Notes: generated by a model from the sequence alone, not told the origin. A stretch of 32,000 nt of DNA from Trichodesmium erythraeum IMS101 (GCF_000014265.1 NC_008312.1:3870001-3902000); one strand, 5' to 3'; positions 10,887 through 20,687 are shown, counted from the first letter of the stretch. Numbers and translations: made by a program.

Positions 10887-11067
10887 AATTTTCCCATCAA
10901 CATTAGAATATTTTGAACATATATAGTACCCCTAAAATGGTTAGGAAATTCTTATCACTCTTAAGTTTAGTCCTTGCTCAAATGTACTAAAAAAATTCTG
11001 TTAGTACCTAATTATAAGTTATGATCCATCTCAATGTGAATAAAAATAATAATATACCCAAACAAAA

Positions 11068-12018
11068 ATGAGTAATACTATAGTTACAGGAGTAGGTGGA
11101 TTTATTGGATCTCATTTAGCAGAAACTCTATTAAATCAAGATAACAAAGTAATAGGAATAGATGAGTTTAATAATTACTATAACCCTACTTTGAAGCGTC
11201 AGAATATTTCTCAATTTCAAGACCATCCCGCTTTTCAATTAATAGAAAATGATATTCAGTCTTTAAATTGGTCAGAATTACTTGTAGATGTAGACATAAT
11301 TTATCATCAAGCTGCTCAAGCTGGAGTTCGTGCTAGTTGGGGTGGAGGTTTTTTTGATTATACAGAACGTAATATAGATGCGACTCAAATAATTTTAGAA
11401 GCTGCTAAAGATGCTCCTAATTTGAAAAGATTAGTTTATGCTTCTAGTTCTTCTGTATATGGTAATGCTGAAACTTTCCCCACCCCAGAAACTGTTTGTC
11501 CTCAACCAGTATCTCCTTATGGAATTACTAAGTTAGCAGCAGAACAATTAGGCAAGTTATATCATCATAATTTTGGTGTGCCCTGCGTCTATTTACGCTA
11601 CTTTACAGTATATGGTCCCCGGCAAAGACCTGACATGGCATTTCATAAATTTTTTAAGTGGATTTTACAAGATGAACCTATTTCTATTTATGGAGATGCT
11701 CAGCAAACTAGAGACTTTACCTTTATCAGCGATGCAGTCGCAGCTAACTTATTAGCCGCTACAGTACCATTAGCAGTAGGTGAGGTATTTAATATAGGTG
11801 GGGGTAGTCGGGTAGTATTAGCAGAAGTTATTAATATCATGGAGCAAATAGTAGGACGTCCAATTAAAAAAAATTTTGTAGAAAAAGCTAGGGGAGATGC
11901 TCGTCATACTAGTGCCGATGTTTCTAAAGCACAGAAAATTTTGGGCTATCAACCCCAGATTTCTTTGGCCGAAGGTTTGAAGCGAGAGTGGGAGTGGATA
12001 CGATCGCTTTATTCATAA
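11068..12018 (+). CDS. NAD-dependent epimerase/dehydratase (extended SDR), UDP-glucuronate 4-epimerase-like.
   Basis: A 316-aa ORF. It has the Rossmann motif GVGGFIGSHL, the block ..HQAAQAGVRASW.., ASSSSVYG, the catalytic YxxxK (SPYGITKLAAE), and ..RYFTVYGPRQRPDMAFHKF... These match the HLAAQAGVRYS and FFTVYGPWGRPDMA blocks of the UDP-GlcA 4-epimerase clade. Confidence 0.8.
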   Translation: MSNTIVTGVGGFIGSHLAETLLNQDNKVIGIDEFNNYYNPTLKRQNISQFQDHPAFQLIENDIQSLNWSELLVDVDIIYHQAAQAGVRASWGGGFFDYTERNIDATQIILEAAKDAPNLKRLVYASSSSVYGNAETFPTPETVCPQPVSPYGITKLAAEQLGKLYHHNFGVPCVYLRYFTVYGPRQRPDMAFHKFFKWILQDEPISIYGDAQQTRDFTFISDAVAANLLAATVPLAVGEVFNIGGGSRVVLAEVINIMEQIVGRPIKKNFVEKARGDARHTSADVSKAQKILGYQPQISLAEGLKREWEWIRSLYS

Positions 12019-12121
12019 AAAAATTGCCAACTGCTACAACAAAAAGCAGGGCATCTCATCCTCGAACATAATCGAAAATTCCTTGCACAGATACTTTCAG
12101 AGTTTGATAGGGAGAATATCA

Positions 12122-13963
12122 TCACTCCCCAGTACGATATTTTTGATTAAAAACCTGTTGCAGCCATAGTTCAAGTGTTAAGGCCAGACTGACGCTATCG
12201 CCTAAGTCTTCGCCGTTTAAATGACGTTGCCAGTTTTGTTTGATTTTTTTGGTTTCTTCAGGAGATAAATATTCAGGATAAAGGGCATTGGGATTTTCTA
12301 AAATTGTTTGATAGAGGGAATAAGCGGGATTTTGACGCATCCATTCCGCATAATTGGCATAGTCTTTGTCAGGTTTTCGTTTTTTCGAGGAATTTGCTTG
12401 AGGGAAGGATAATCCAAATTGGTTTAATTTGCCAGTGACTTTGGTTTGGAATTGCACTAATTTTTTTTGAACCTGACGTGTGAAATTTGGGGGACTAATC
12501 GGTTCTCCAGTACTTTGCCAAGGAATGGTTTGATAGTATTTCGGAAAAAACTGACAAAGCATAGGTTTATAAAGATTAGAATCTTCGGAAAAAGTAGAAC
12601 TTAGAGTAAATAAAAAGTCCTGTAAAGAGCAATCTATAAAAGGAGCTCTTGTTTCTATACCCTGTACTAAGCTAACATTAATATCTTTGAAAATAAAGCG
12701 ACGAATGCGATGGTCCATCCAAATAATATGAGGAGAAGAATGGCACAATTTAAAATAATTATTCATTCTCTCAAAAACTGAATTTTTATGCTGTAAAGAA
12801 AGAGCAAATTTTTCTAATCCTAAGCGTTTGTTAACTACATCAGGAAATTTTAGACCATCAAAAATATTCATTGCAGTTACATCTCCCCATGCTCCATGTA
12901 AATTTATGTTAAATAAGTCTTGAGTTTTAATTTGGGTTAATGATGACAAAAAGTGAAAATGAATAAAGCTACCGTAGGCATCGGTTTCCCAGATGGTTTT
13001 TACCCTAGAAAATAGCCAATTTTCAGCATTCATTTCGGCAAAATAACTGTTATCTCCTGCAATTGCAGCAACTTGGGCAGCAATGCGATAATCTTCACAG
13101 TCTTTACGACCATGGGTAATAGTATTAACGGGATGACTATGATCGGGCATGGCCGCTAAAATAGCACGGGAGTCTAGTCCTCCACTAAGGGTAAGTCCTA
13201 CTCTTTCTCCAGGATAAACCCGACTTTGTACAGCATCAACGAATAAATGTCCGAGGGTTTCCACGGCTTCGCTTTCTGGGGGAGGAGTAGTGAGGGGAGT
13301 AAGTTCATCCCATCCCCAATAACGATTTCGAGAGAGGGTTTTTCCTGGGATGTCCCAGGTAAAAACGGTTGCTGCAGGGAGGAGTTCGACATTTTCAAAC
13401 CAAGAGCGATCTCCAATCATATATCGTAGCCCCAAAAAGTCTTCCATCGGAGCGCGGTCGATTTTGGGTTGGTAGTTAGGAAGAGACAAAAGGGACTTCA
13501 GTTCCCCCGTCCAAACAAGGGCATTTTGGTACACTGTCCAGTAGAGACGACCCATCCCGTAGCGATCGCTTATTAAATAGAGTTTTTGTTTTCTGCGATC
13601 GTACAAACAAGCGACATAAACCCCTTCAACCTATCGCAAAAAGTTTAAACCCTCAGTTTGTCGATACAAAGATGCCAGTAAAACGGGATCTGTTTGTTGA
13701 GATAAGTTATACTGACTAAAGAGCTTATCCTGCTTGTAAAACTCCCCATCCAACCAGACTAAAACCTCTCCATCTTGGTATGGTTGGTCATCTGTTTGAA
13801 TTACATTCACATGGGAACGAGTCGCACAAACTGCTTCATCAGAGAATAACTCATCCTGCCGATAAAAAGAGCCATGGATGGTCATCTCTACCATTTTTTT
13901 TAAATAAGTTGGAGAAAAATCGTAAAGCGCATCAGACCGAGTAAAACCAATTAAACCTGGCAT
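12122..13963 (-). pseudogene. Asparagine synthetase B-like amidotransferase, interrupted by one in-frame TAG (13631-13633). The N-terminal nucleophile Cys is replaced by Pro.
   Basis: ORFs 13963-13631 and 13606-12122 are in the same frame. The junction reads ..TEGLNFLR*VEGVYVACLYDRRKQKLYLISDRYGMGRLYW.., corresponding to the AsnB block L.G.FA..D......L.RD..G..PLY. The C-terminal part has the PP-loop GLTLSGGLDSRAI. The N-terminus is MPGLIGF rather than MCGI. Confidence 0.75.
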
Positions 13964-14684
13964 AGTATTTTAGAACTTAAAAAAACAACAGTGAAGATCC
14001 CAGATGAAAGGGCGACAAGAAAGAAAGAAAAAAAGAAAACATCCTCAACCCGTTCCCTGTTCTTTAAACTCCTCTAAGGAACGAGGATTTATTAACCTCC
14101 AGATTTCCTGTACAGGAACCTTTTAGTGAAATACTCAAGGGCCAATATTTGTGGATCATATTTGATCCTTATTCCTAAATATAATTTTGAACGAGTATAA
14201 TCCACATTCCCCACTTCTTAACATTGAATTTATAAGTTTTATTAATCTATCGCCCTGAATGCTCTCCCTGAAAGCCTTATAGCTATGGGCATTAATTTTA
14301 ACTATTATAAAGAATTGTAACTAATTTTTTCTGAGAAAATTAGTTATTGATAAATTTTATTGATATTCAGTTCTAGAATGAAGGTTTTTCCTATAAGTTT
14401 CTTTGAAAATGTAAATATACATAAAGATGTATGAAGATCTGCGGAATGTCGGTTATAAAGGAATCATACCTTTTTGACGTAAAAGCCTCTGGCTATCTAT
14501 ATTTGAGTCTATTTTTTACTATTTTTTTGTATAAGTACCATTAAGAAGTTCCAAACTTATGTCTTCCTAACACAATAAACCCATTTGCATTTAAAAAATC
14601 ACTTAAATTTATTTGCTCAATTTCCATAGATATAGATGAATAATTAGTTATCTCTTGATGTAGCCTTTCATAATTTTTTTTCAG

Positions 14685-15038
14685 TGAATTTTACAAGATA
14701 GACCAATTTCTATTTATGGAGATGGTCAGCAAACTAGAGACTTTACCTTTATTGGTGATGCAGTAGCAGCTAATTTATTAGCAGCTATAGTACCATCAGC
14801 AATAGGTGAGATATTTAATATAGGTGGGGGTAGTCGGGTTGTATTAGCAGAAGTTATTAATATAATGGAGGGAATAGTAGGACGTCCAATTAAGAAAAAT
14901 TTTGTGGAAAAAGCTAGGGGAGATGCTCGTCATACTAGTGCAGATATTTCTTCATATAGGAAAATTTTGGGTTATCAACCGCAGGTTTCTTTGACTGAAG
15001 GTTTGAGGCAAGAGTGGGAGTGGATGAAGTCGTTATAA
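14685..15038 (+). pseudogene. A 3'-terminal fragment (about 116 codons) of a second epimerase paralogue. It is a diverged duplicate of 11659-12018.
   Basis: It aligns base for base with the 3' third of the 11068-12018 gene, at roughly 85-90% nt identity by eye. The aligned frame stays open: ILQDRPISIYGDGQQTRDFTFIGDAVAANLL...GDARHTSADISSYRKILGYQPQVSLTEGLRQEWEWMKSL*. TGA replaces the TGG codon at the point where similarity begins. No homology to the 5' two-thirds is visible upstream. Confidence 0.8.
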
Positions 15039-15104
15039 ACTCAAGAAAATGAATATTTTTAAATCAGTTGTTAAGACAATTATTCCTGAAAAAAACGTGA
15101 CTCT

Positions 15105-15875
15105 TTGAGACACATAAAAAATAAATACACCAAACAATTACAAAAAGCTATTTCCCCCCAGTCTTTAGAGATAAATTGGATTAAGAAAGAAGATAGCTGG
15201 CTTTTAGATAACTTCAAAGGACCAATTGTCCCCATTCCCAAAGCTTTGATGAGGGAAAAAATAGAAGAATTAGCACATCTTGCTAACCAACTCGGTCCTA
15301 AACCGCTTTGGGAAGGATATGAAAATCTGCAAAATTACCCCAGGGATGTGAAAGAAGCAACTCGTACAGCAAATCAAGTGCGAACTCAAGCCAAAGTAGG
15401 TGATTTTTATGCTCACCTGGTGCAAAAAAGAAAACCTTCCGTTGTGGTAGAATTTGGTACGGCATTTGGTGTTTCAGGAATGTATTGGCTTTCAGGATTA
15501 GAAGGTAATAATTTTGGAGAATTACTGAGTTTCGATCCTAATGAGGTTTGGGCAGAAATTGCTAGGAAAAACTTATCTGGAATTAGCAATAGATTTCAGT
15601 TAGTTAATGGAACTTTTGAAGATAATATAGATGCTTATCTGGGGAGCGATCGCCAAATAGATATGGCGTTTATTGACGCGATACATACCAGTGAATTTGT
15701 TTTTTCGCAGTTTGAAATTGTTGTTGCTAGGCTAGCTCCTAATGGAATTGTTTTATTAGATGATATTTATTTTTCCGAAGATATGAAGTATGCTTGGAAA
15801 ACTATTGCACTTAGCGATCGTGTTAAAGCTAGTGCTGCTATTGAAAGAGTTGGTATTGTTGAACTTAAAGGATAA
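15105..15875 (+). CDS. Class I SAM-dependent methyltransferase (Methyltransf_24 / O-methyltransferase-3-like). The start is uncertain.
   Basis: It has motif I ..VVEFGTAFGVSGMYW.. and the post-II block ..IDMAFIDAIHTSEF....GIVLLDDI... The ORF-track start is a TTG. An ATG at 15049 lies in another frame and could be joined through an A7 tract (see findings). Confidence 0.65.
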   Translation: MRHIKNKYTKQLQKAISPQSLEINWIKKEDSWLLDNFKGPIVPIPKALMREKIEELAHLANQLGPKPLWEGYENLQNYPRDVKEATRTANQVRTQAKVGDFYAHLVQKRKPSVVVEFGTAFGVSGMYWLSGLEGNNFGELLSFDPNEVWAEIARKNLSGISNRFQLVNGTFEDNIDAYLGSDRQIDMAFIDAIHTSEFVFSQFEIVVARLAPNGIVLLDDIYFSEDMKYAWKTIALSDRVKASAAIERVGIVELKG

Positions 15876-16602
15876 TAATAATTGAGGATGGAGTTAGAAA
15901 AAATTTCTCTCTCCAATACAAAATTACTATTTATAGTTGTTTTAATTAAGAATAAAACAATTATTCCCCTGAAAGACTTTCAGAGCAATAAAAACTTGTC
16001 TCAATTTTAATTGAAACGACTATATCTGTAATTTTAACAAAAATAAAAATTAAATTTCATAGATTCTACCAACTACTAGCCCTAAGTAGTCTAAATTTTT
16101 AATTTCCACTGATATTAATAGACCAAAGTATTTATCAAGTTAAGCACGGATTATTGTCAAAATATCTAACCGACCAATTGAAACATCCTTCATTTTAATT
16201 GAAGGTTATTTGACTTGAATTACTATTGGTTTTTTGAATAAAATAGTTAGGCGATTGCTAACGCAAAGCTGGGCTAAAGCATGAGACAAAGCGTGAAGTT
16301 CGTCGAAATTGTCATGCGCTATATATAGTGTCTTTGCATAAGTCCTGTTTGAGTAAGATTGATAATTACCTACAAGTAAAAATAGTATTGCCTTTTTTAA
16401 ATCTAGTTTTTTTTATTGAGGTTGATACAAATATTTATTGCTATAACTGAGTTTCAGAAGAAAAAGTATTTCATTCTTATTTTAAATAACTATAAGTCAT
16501 ATACACAACTATCAATATTAAGGGAAGAGAGTTATTTGGGCATATATTTTACAACCTACCTTAGTCTAATCTGGATTTAAACTATGAGTAATCAAAAAAT
16601 CC

Positions 16603-17382
16603 TCATTTATAATAAAATTCAAAATCTCTTAAAGCCATTATTCTAGATTTATTTAAACGATAATGATAACCGATTCTTTTTTGTAACCTATCCCAATAAG
16701 TTGCTTTTGGTTTACTACGAGAAGCATCCCAGTGCTGAGTCACCCTACTAATTTTTTGCCATGCTTCACTATTAATAACCCATCCAACTTTTGTAGCAGC
16801 TAATCCCATTAAACTACCTTCTCCAGCGTGCATTCCTCTCAATTCTGCATACTTAGAAATCTTCCCCCAAGTTTCCAAAAATTCTATTTCTTTACCATTA
16901 TCTCTAACGATAATAAATAAAGCTTCCCCTATCCATCTACTACTATTAAATGACTCATCATAAATATTTAGCTTATCTGCCAACTTTTGCAATATTGGTA
17001 AACTAGAAGCACGATATTTTGAAACATGTTCTACTAAATTTTTATGCCGTCCAGTAATTCCTGGTTTCCATTCAATATCTTCTGGTAGTGATTCTAAAAT
17101 TCTAGTATCAGCATCTATATATATAGCTACTGGAAATAATGATATTGCTTTTTGGCAGACAACTCTTTTATCGTTATAACAATGTAGAATACCTTGTTGA
17201 TGATGTTTAAAAGCTATTACATTTTTATGGCTACTAAAATCATTAGGTTTCTCTGTATAAATTACCAGTGAAATTCCTGGAGCATTTGTTTCTAAATCTT
17301 TAACTAACTCCTTTGTTATATCGCGATATCTTTGCCCTAGTGCTAAAGTACAAAAACAAAAGTTTTTTTGTTTCTGAGTCAT
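16603..17382 (-). CDS. Hypothetical DxD (GT-A-like) glycosyltransferase candidate. Paralogue of 19733-20632.
   Basis: A 259-aa ORF. The N-terminal block NFCFCTLALGQRY and the block ..AIYIDADTRI.. align with SFCFCTVAFGKNY and ..VIYLDADVRI.. in the 19733-20632 product. Further collinear blocks include EIEFLETWG against ELDFLKLWG. I could not recognise the family itself. Confidence 0.45.
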   Translation of the reverse strand: MTQKQKNFCFCTLALGQRYRDITKELVKDLETNAPGISLVIYTEKPNDFSSHKNVIAFKHHQQGILHCYNDKRVVCQKAISLFPVAIYIDADTRILESLPEDIEWKPGITGRHKNLVEHVSKYRASSLPILQKLADKLNIYDESFNSSRWIGEALFIIVRDNGKEIEFLETWGKISKYAELRGMHAGEGSLMGLAATKVGWVINSEAWQKISRVTQHWDASRSKPKATYWDRLQKRIGYHYRLNKSRIMALRDFEFYYK

Positions 17383-17493
17383 ATTTTTACCTGGAAATTT
17401 TATAACAACAAGAAATGCTTAAAGTTATTTGGGTTGAATAAGTGGAACAATTAGGAAGTAATTTTAAGTATAACACTGATAACTGAAATGACC

Positions 17494-18420
17494 TTAACTT
17501 CTCTTGATATGCCGAGCTATATTTTTGAGTTTATCAATAAATTTTTCTCCTAGACTTTTATTCTTTTCAGTTGTCTGAGGATAGTAAGTAGGTTTAGCTT
17601 CCCCCAAATATCTATAATACTCCCAAATATCCCAATAAGGACAACCTGGTTGAATCCGAATTCCTGCCCAATGTAGATATTCTAAAGGTTGATTCACATT
17701 TGAATCTATCAGTCGATCACCTTCTCGATAAAAATGCGATGTACCTGCCCAACTTCCAGGTGCTTTTTCTGGTCTATTAATAATATTGAAACGCTTTTTA
17801 ATTCGCTTCAATATCATATAATTAATAATTGGTTGATCGGAAGTTTTCTGAGAAAAATCAAAGTATTCTGGATGAGCTGCACATTCAGTAAACGTCTCAT
17901 ACAAATCTTGTTCTGAAATCAAATTTTTTTTGGATGCCCACCATCCTCCGTTAAAAGTTTCCAGAAGTTCTTCTTTGCTAAAAACTTGATAAATCTCTGG
18001 AGTAAAGATATTCTTAATCCCTCCTAAATGTTGATAATCAAAACACAAGAAATCATACTCATTTAGATAGTTAAGATTATCAATAATTCTATCAAAAACT
18101 ACAATATCTGTATCTATATATAAAAACTCATCAAATTCTCCAAACCAACAAACCTGCTTACGAAACTGATTTGGTCGAGCAAAGAATTTATTTCCAAAAA
18201 TTTGTTGTAGTTTGTTTGATAATCTCTCAATAAATTCTAAATCTTGATAAATTGTAACTCCATAATCTTTTGAAAAAAGTTCTGCGACTATTTGATAATT
18301 ATCATCATAGGGAATCAAAATAATTGGTGTATCCCTATCATATTTACGGATGCTATTTAATAGGGCAATACCCTGTTCGAGGGCTTTGTCATTTGCAGTA
18401 ATATATATGCCACGACTCAT
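17494..18420 (-). CDS. GT8-like (retaining, DxD) glycosyltransferase candidate. Tandem paralogue of 18432-19430.
   Basis: A 308-aa ORF. It carries ..ITANDKALEQGIALLNSI.., ..LYIDTDIVVFD.., ..FNGGWWASKK.., ..QPIINYMI.., ..LHWAGIR... The order and style of these blocks resemble the GT8 pattern (N-x-x-Y, DxD, N-x-G, H-x-x-G), and they align with the neighbouring gene. Confidence 0.5.
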   Translation of the reverse strand: MSRGIYITANDKALEQGIALLNSIRKYDRDTPIILIPYDDNYQIVAELFSKDYGVTIYQDLEFIERLSNKLQQIFGNKFFARPNQFRKQVCWFGEFDEFLYIDTDIVVFDRIIDNLNYLNEYDFLCFDYQHLGGIKNIFTPEIYQVFSKEELLETFNGGWWASKKNLISEQDLYETFTECAAHPEYFDFSQKTSDQPIINYMILKRIKKRFNIINRPEKAPGSWAGTSHFYREGDRLIDSNVNQPLEYLHWAGIRIQPGCPYWDIWEYYRYLGEAKPTYYPQTTEKNKSLGEKFIDKLKNIARHIKRS

Positions 18421-18431
18421 CAGATTTTTCT

Positions 18432-19430
18432 CTATTTGTGAGTTAATTTTAGTTTCTTTAAAACACGCTGAAAAAGATTAGGTGTAGTTTTATATGGTTT
18501 TGGTTTAGTCGTAAATACTGGGCGTTTTTCTGGTTCATGGAGATATCGATAATGCAAAAATATATCCCGATAAGGAATATCTATATTTTCCCCAGCACAA
18601 ATTTTTGCAAATGCTTTTGATGAAACTCCAATATAGTGGAGATATGTTAACCGCTTACCACGATCATAAACAATATGGTCTTGCTCTTCAAAATGTTTTG
18701 AAGTAACACTGTTACCTGTTCTTTCATTTGGAGACAGACTAATAGCCAAATTATTTACTTTCAAATTTAACCGCATAACCATATAATTGAGAATTGTTTG
18801 GTCAGGAGCCATTGGATATAAAACTTCAGCCTCACCATCTTGGAATTTACTCAGTAACCAATCTCTTTTTTCTGCATCAAATATATCTTTTTTACTACCA
18901 TAAAATCCAGAACAAAATACCTCAGATGCAAGACGTTCTGAAGTAAATAATTTTTTCATTTTAGTAGAAGAGACATCATAAACATGAGTTAAATCTTTAT
19001 ATTGAAAATCATAAATAACCCAATCATTTTGATTAAGTTGCTGAAAAATTCTATCTAAGGGAGACATTAATATAGTGTCAGCATCCATATAAATGAAGCG
19101 CTCAAAAGGTCCATCAAATGCAGCGTAACGACGATGAGTACCAATTCGATGATAAGATCTACTACCTACTTCACTCCAACGTTGACGAGCGGTGGGATGA
19201 GTGTCCCAAACATCACGAACAAATTTATCCCACTTTTCAATTGACTTGCGATCGCTATACAACTCTACATTAGGTCTCTTAGCAATTTCAGCCTTAATTT
19301 TTTCAGTATTGTCATTATAGGGATAAACACATACTGGTACTTCAGGCCCTTGAATTGCTTCTATGCTGTTTAGCAGTGCCACAAGTTGGTCATAAACAAC
19401 ATCATTTCCAAGAGTACAAATACCATCCAT
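18432..19430 (-). CDS. GT8-like (retaining, DxD) glycosyltransferase candidate. Tandem paralogue of 17494-18420.
   Basis: A 332-aa ORF. It carries ..LGNDVVYDQLVALLNSI.., ..IYMDADTILMSP.., ..FCSGFYGSKKD.., ..QTILNYMV.., ..LHYIGVS... It ends 11 nt before the start of the next gene on the same strand. Confidence 0.5.
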   Translation of the reverse strand: MDGICTLGNDVVYDQLVALLNSIEAIQGPEVPVCVYPYNDNTEKIKAEIAKRPNVELYSDRKSIEKWDKFVRDVWDTHPTARQRWSEVGSRSYHRIGTHRRYAAFDGPFERFIYMDADTILMSPLDRIFQQLNQNDWVIYDFQYKDLTHVYDVSSTKMKKLFTSERLASEVFCSGFYGSKKDIFDAEKRDWLLSKFQDGEAEVLYPMAPDQTILNYMVMRLNLKVNNLAISLSPNERTGNSVTSKHFEEQDHIVYDRGKRLTYLHYIGVSSKAFAKICAGENIDIPYRDIFLHYRYLHEPEKRPVFTTKPKPYKTTPNLFQRVLKKLKLTHK

Positions 19431-19732
19431 TTTTTTGACTCATTCTAGATAATTTTTTTCGGTACGATATGCTTAAATTATACTCCAATATTAAATCTTA
19501 ATACCATCTGTTTGATTCATTTTTAACAATCAAAAAGTAAATTCTTTGATGGAGTTTAGGTATTCTTTGTTCATTAATAATAGAAAACTCATTTCAATAC
19601 GCCAATCTCAAGCTATTAAAAACTATGATGGGAAATAAATTTTTCATTAAAAGTAAGTAATTAAGGATCTTGTCAATTTTGAATTATAACTTACTTTTTA
19701 AGTTCTCAGACATATTGCCAAAAGTCTCTTGT

Positions 19733-20632
19733 TTAACTACTAGGATAATCTTTAAGTATAGAAGAATTAAGGTAATATATAAGCCTAACACCGATGAAAT
19801 TGTATTTTAAAGATAACCAACTAAAAATCCGTTTTATGAGACGTTCTAGAATTGTTTGAGATTTTTTTTCTATGTTATATTGTTGAGCAAAGTATTTTTG
19901 CCTAGCCTCTGGTACAGATTGTCCTTTACTGATTTTAACTTTTTCTATTCTATCGTCAAAGAAATCAAGACCATTCATTTCACTGTAGTAAATAGGGAAA
20001 CCTGTTTTGAACGCTGCTAGAGCCATAGCATAAGTAGGGTGTTTATGCATTCCTAAGATACCAGCATAAATAGCAAGTTCTCCCCACAATTTCAAAAAAT
20101 CAAGTTCTCGTCCTTCATAAGCTGTAACCACAAACAAAAATTCGTTAATAAATTTCACTTGTTGAGAATAAAGGTCTACACCCACCTGCTCCGCCATTTT
20201 ATCTATTACAGCTTTTTTCTTGGCCTTAGAAGCTGAAAATAATGGTCTATCAAACTGCGTCTTTAAGTGCTTCTCCATACTTCCACAGCTACGTGCAGTT
20301 AAACCTGGATAAAAATCTAACTCAACTGTAAGAGGGGAAAAAATTCTCACGTCGGCATCCAAGTAAATTACAGAATTAAAAATCGAAAGACTATAATAAA
20401 TAGCAAATCTTCTTTCATTATATGGAAGGACTCCTCTGCACCAGTGCTTAATTGCTTGAACGTTAGATTTATCCTTAAATTCCAATGGATTATCAGTGAA
20501 GATAATAAAATTGCGACCTAGTGCAAATTTATGTAAATCATCGGCCAGTAGTTTAGACAAATGTATATAATTTTTTCCAAAGGCTACAGTACAAAAACAA
20601 AAAGAGTTATTCTTTTGACTTCCCTGACTCAT
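19733..20632 (-). CDS. Hypothetical DxD (GT-A-like) glycosyltransferase candidate. Paralogue of 16603-17382.
   Basis: A 299-aa ORF. See 16603-17382 for the shared blocks. It has an extra hydrophobic C-terminal tail (..IFSWLSLKYNFIGVRLIYYL..). Confidence 0.45.
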   Translation of the reverse strand: MSQGSQKNNSFCFCTVAFGKNYIHLSKLLADDLHKFALGRNFIIFTDNPLEFKDKSNVQAIKHWCRGVLPYNERRFAIYYSLSIFNSVIYLDADVRIFSPLTVELDFYPGLTARSCGSMEKHLKTQFDRPLFSASKAKKKAVIDKMAEQVGVDLYSQQVKFINEFLFVVTAYEGRELDFLKLWGELAIYAGILGMHKHPTYAMALAAFKTGFPIYYSEMNGLDFFDDRIEKVKISKGQSVPEARQKYFAQQYNIEKKSQTILERLIKRIFSWLSLKYNFIGVRLIYYLNSSILKDYPSS

Positions 20633-20687
20633 CTTTTCAGTTACTCCTTTGTTTGAAGTAAGTTTATACTAAATAAGAATAACTTCA

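Noticed and set aside
5048-10992. Short shared words between spacers: GCTCAAATGTACT at about 5051 and about 10976, and ACTCTAGAAAATCA at about 10436 and about 30156.
   Set aside because: Exact matches of 13-14 nt are expected several times by chance among the roughly 10^9 position pairs in an AT-biased 32-kb window. The flanks do not align convincingly.
15995-16205. CRISPR-repeat-like ends: CTTGTCTCAATTTTAATTGAAAC at 15995-16017, CAATTGAAAC at 16175-84 and CATTTTAATTGAAGG at 16191-16205.
   Set aside because: Only a 12-mer (ATTTTAATTGAA) is actually repeated. The spacing is irregular at about 190 bp, there is no array of three or more regularly spaced units, and no cas genes are present. The ATTGAAAC resemblance to repeat 3' handles is too short to matter in AT-rich DNA.
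16250-16345. A slightly GC-richer patch, GGCGATTGCTAACGCAAAGCTGGGCTAAAGCATGAGACAAAGCGTGAAGTTCGTCGAAATTGTCATGCGC...TTTGCATAAGTCCTG. Its reverse strand translates as ..RTYAKTLYIAHDNFDELHALSHALAQLCVSNRL.. without a start codon.
   Set aside because: It has no start codon, no recognisable family and no strong secondary structure. It may be a gene relic or part of a dispersed cyanobacterial repeat, but I cannot support either from the sequence alone.
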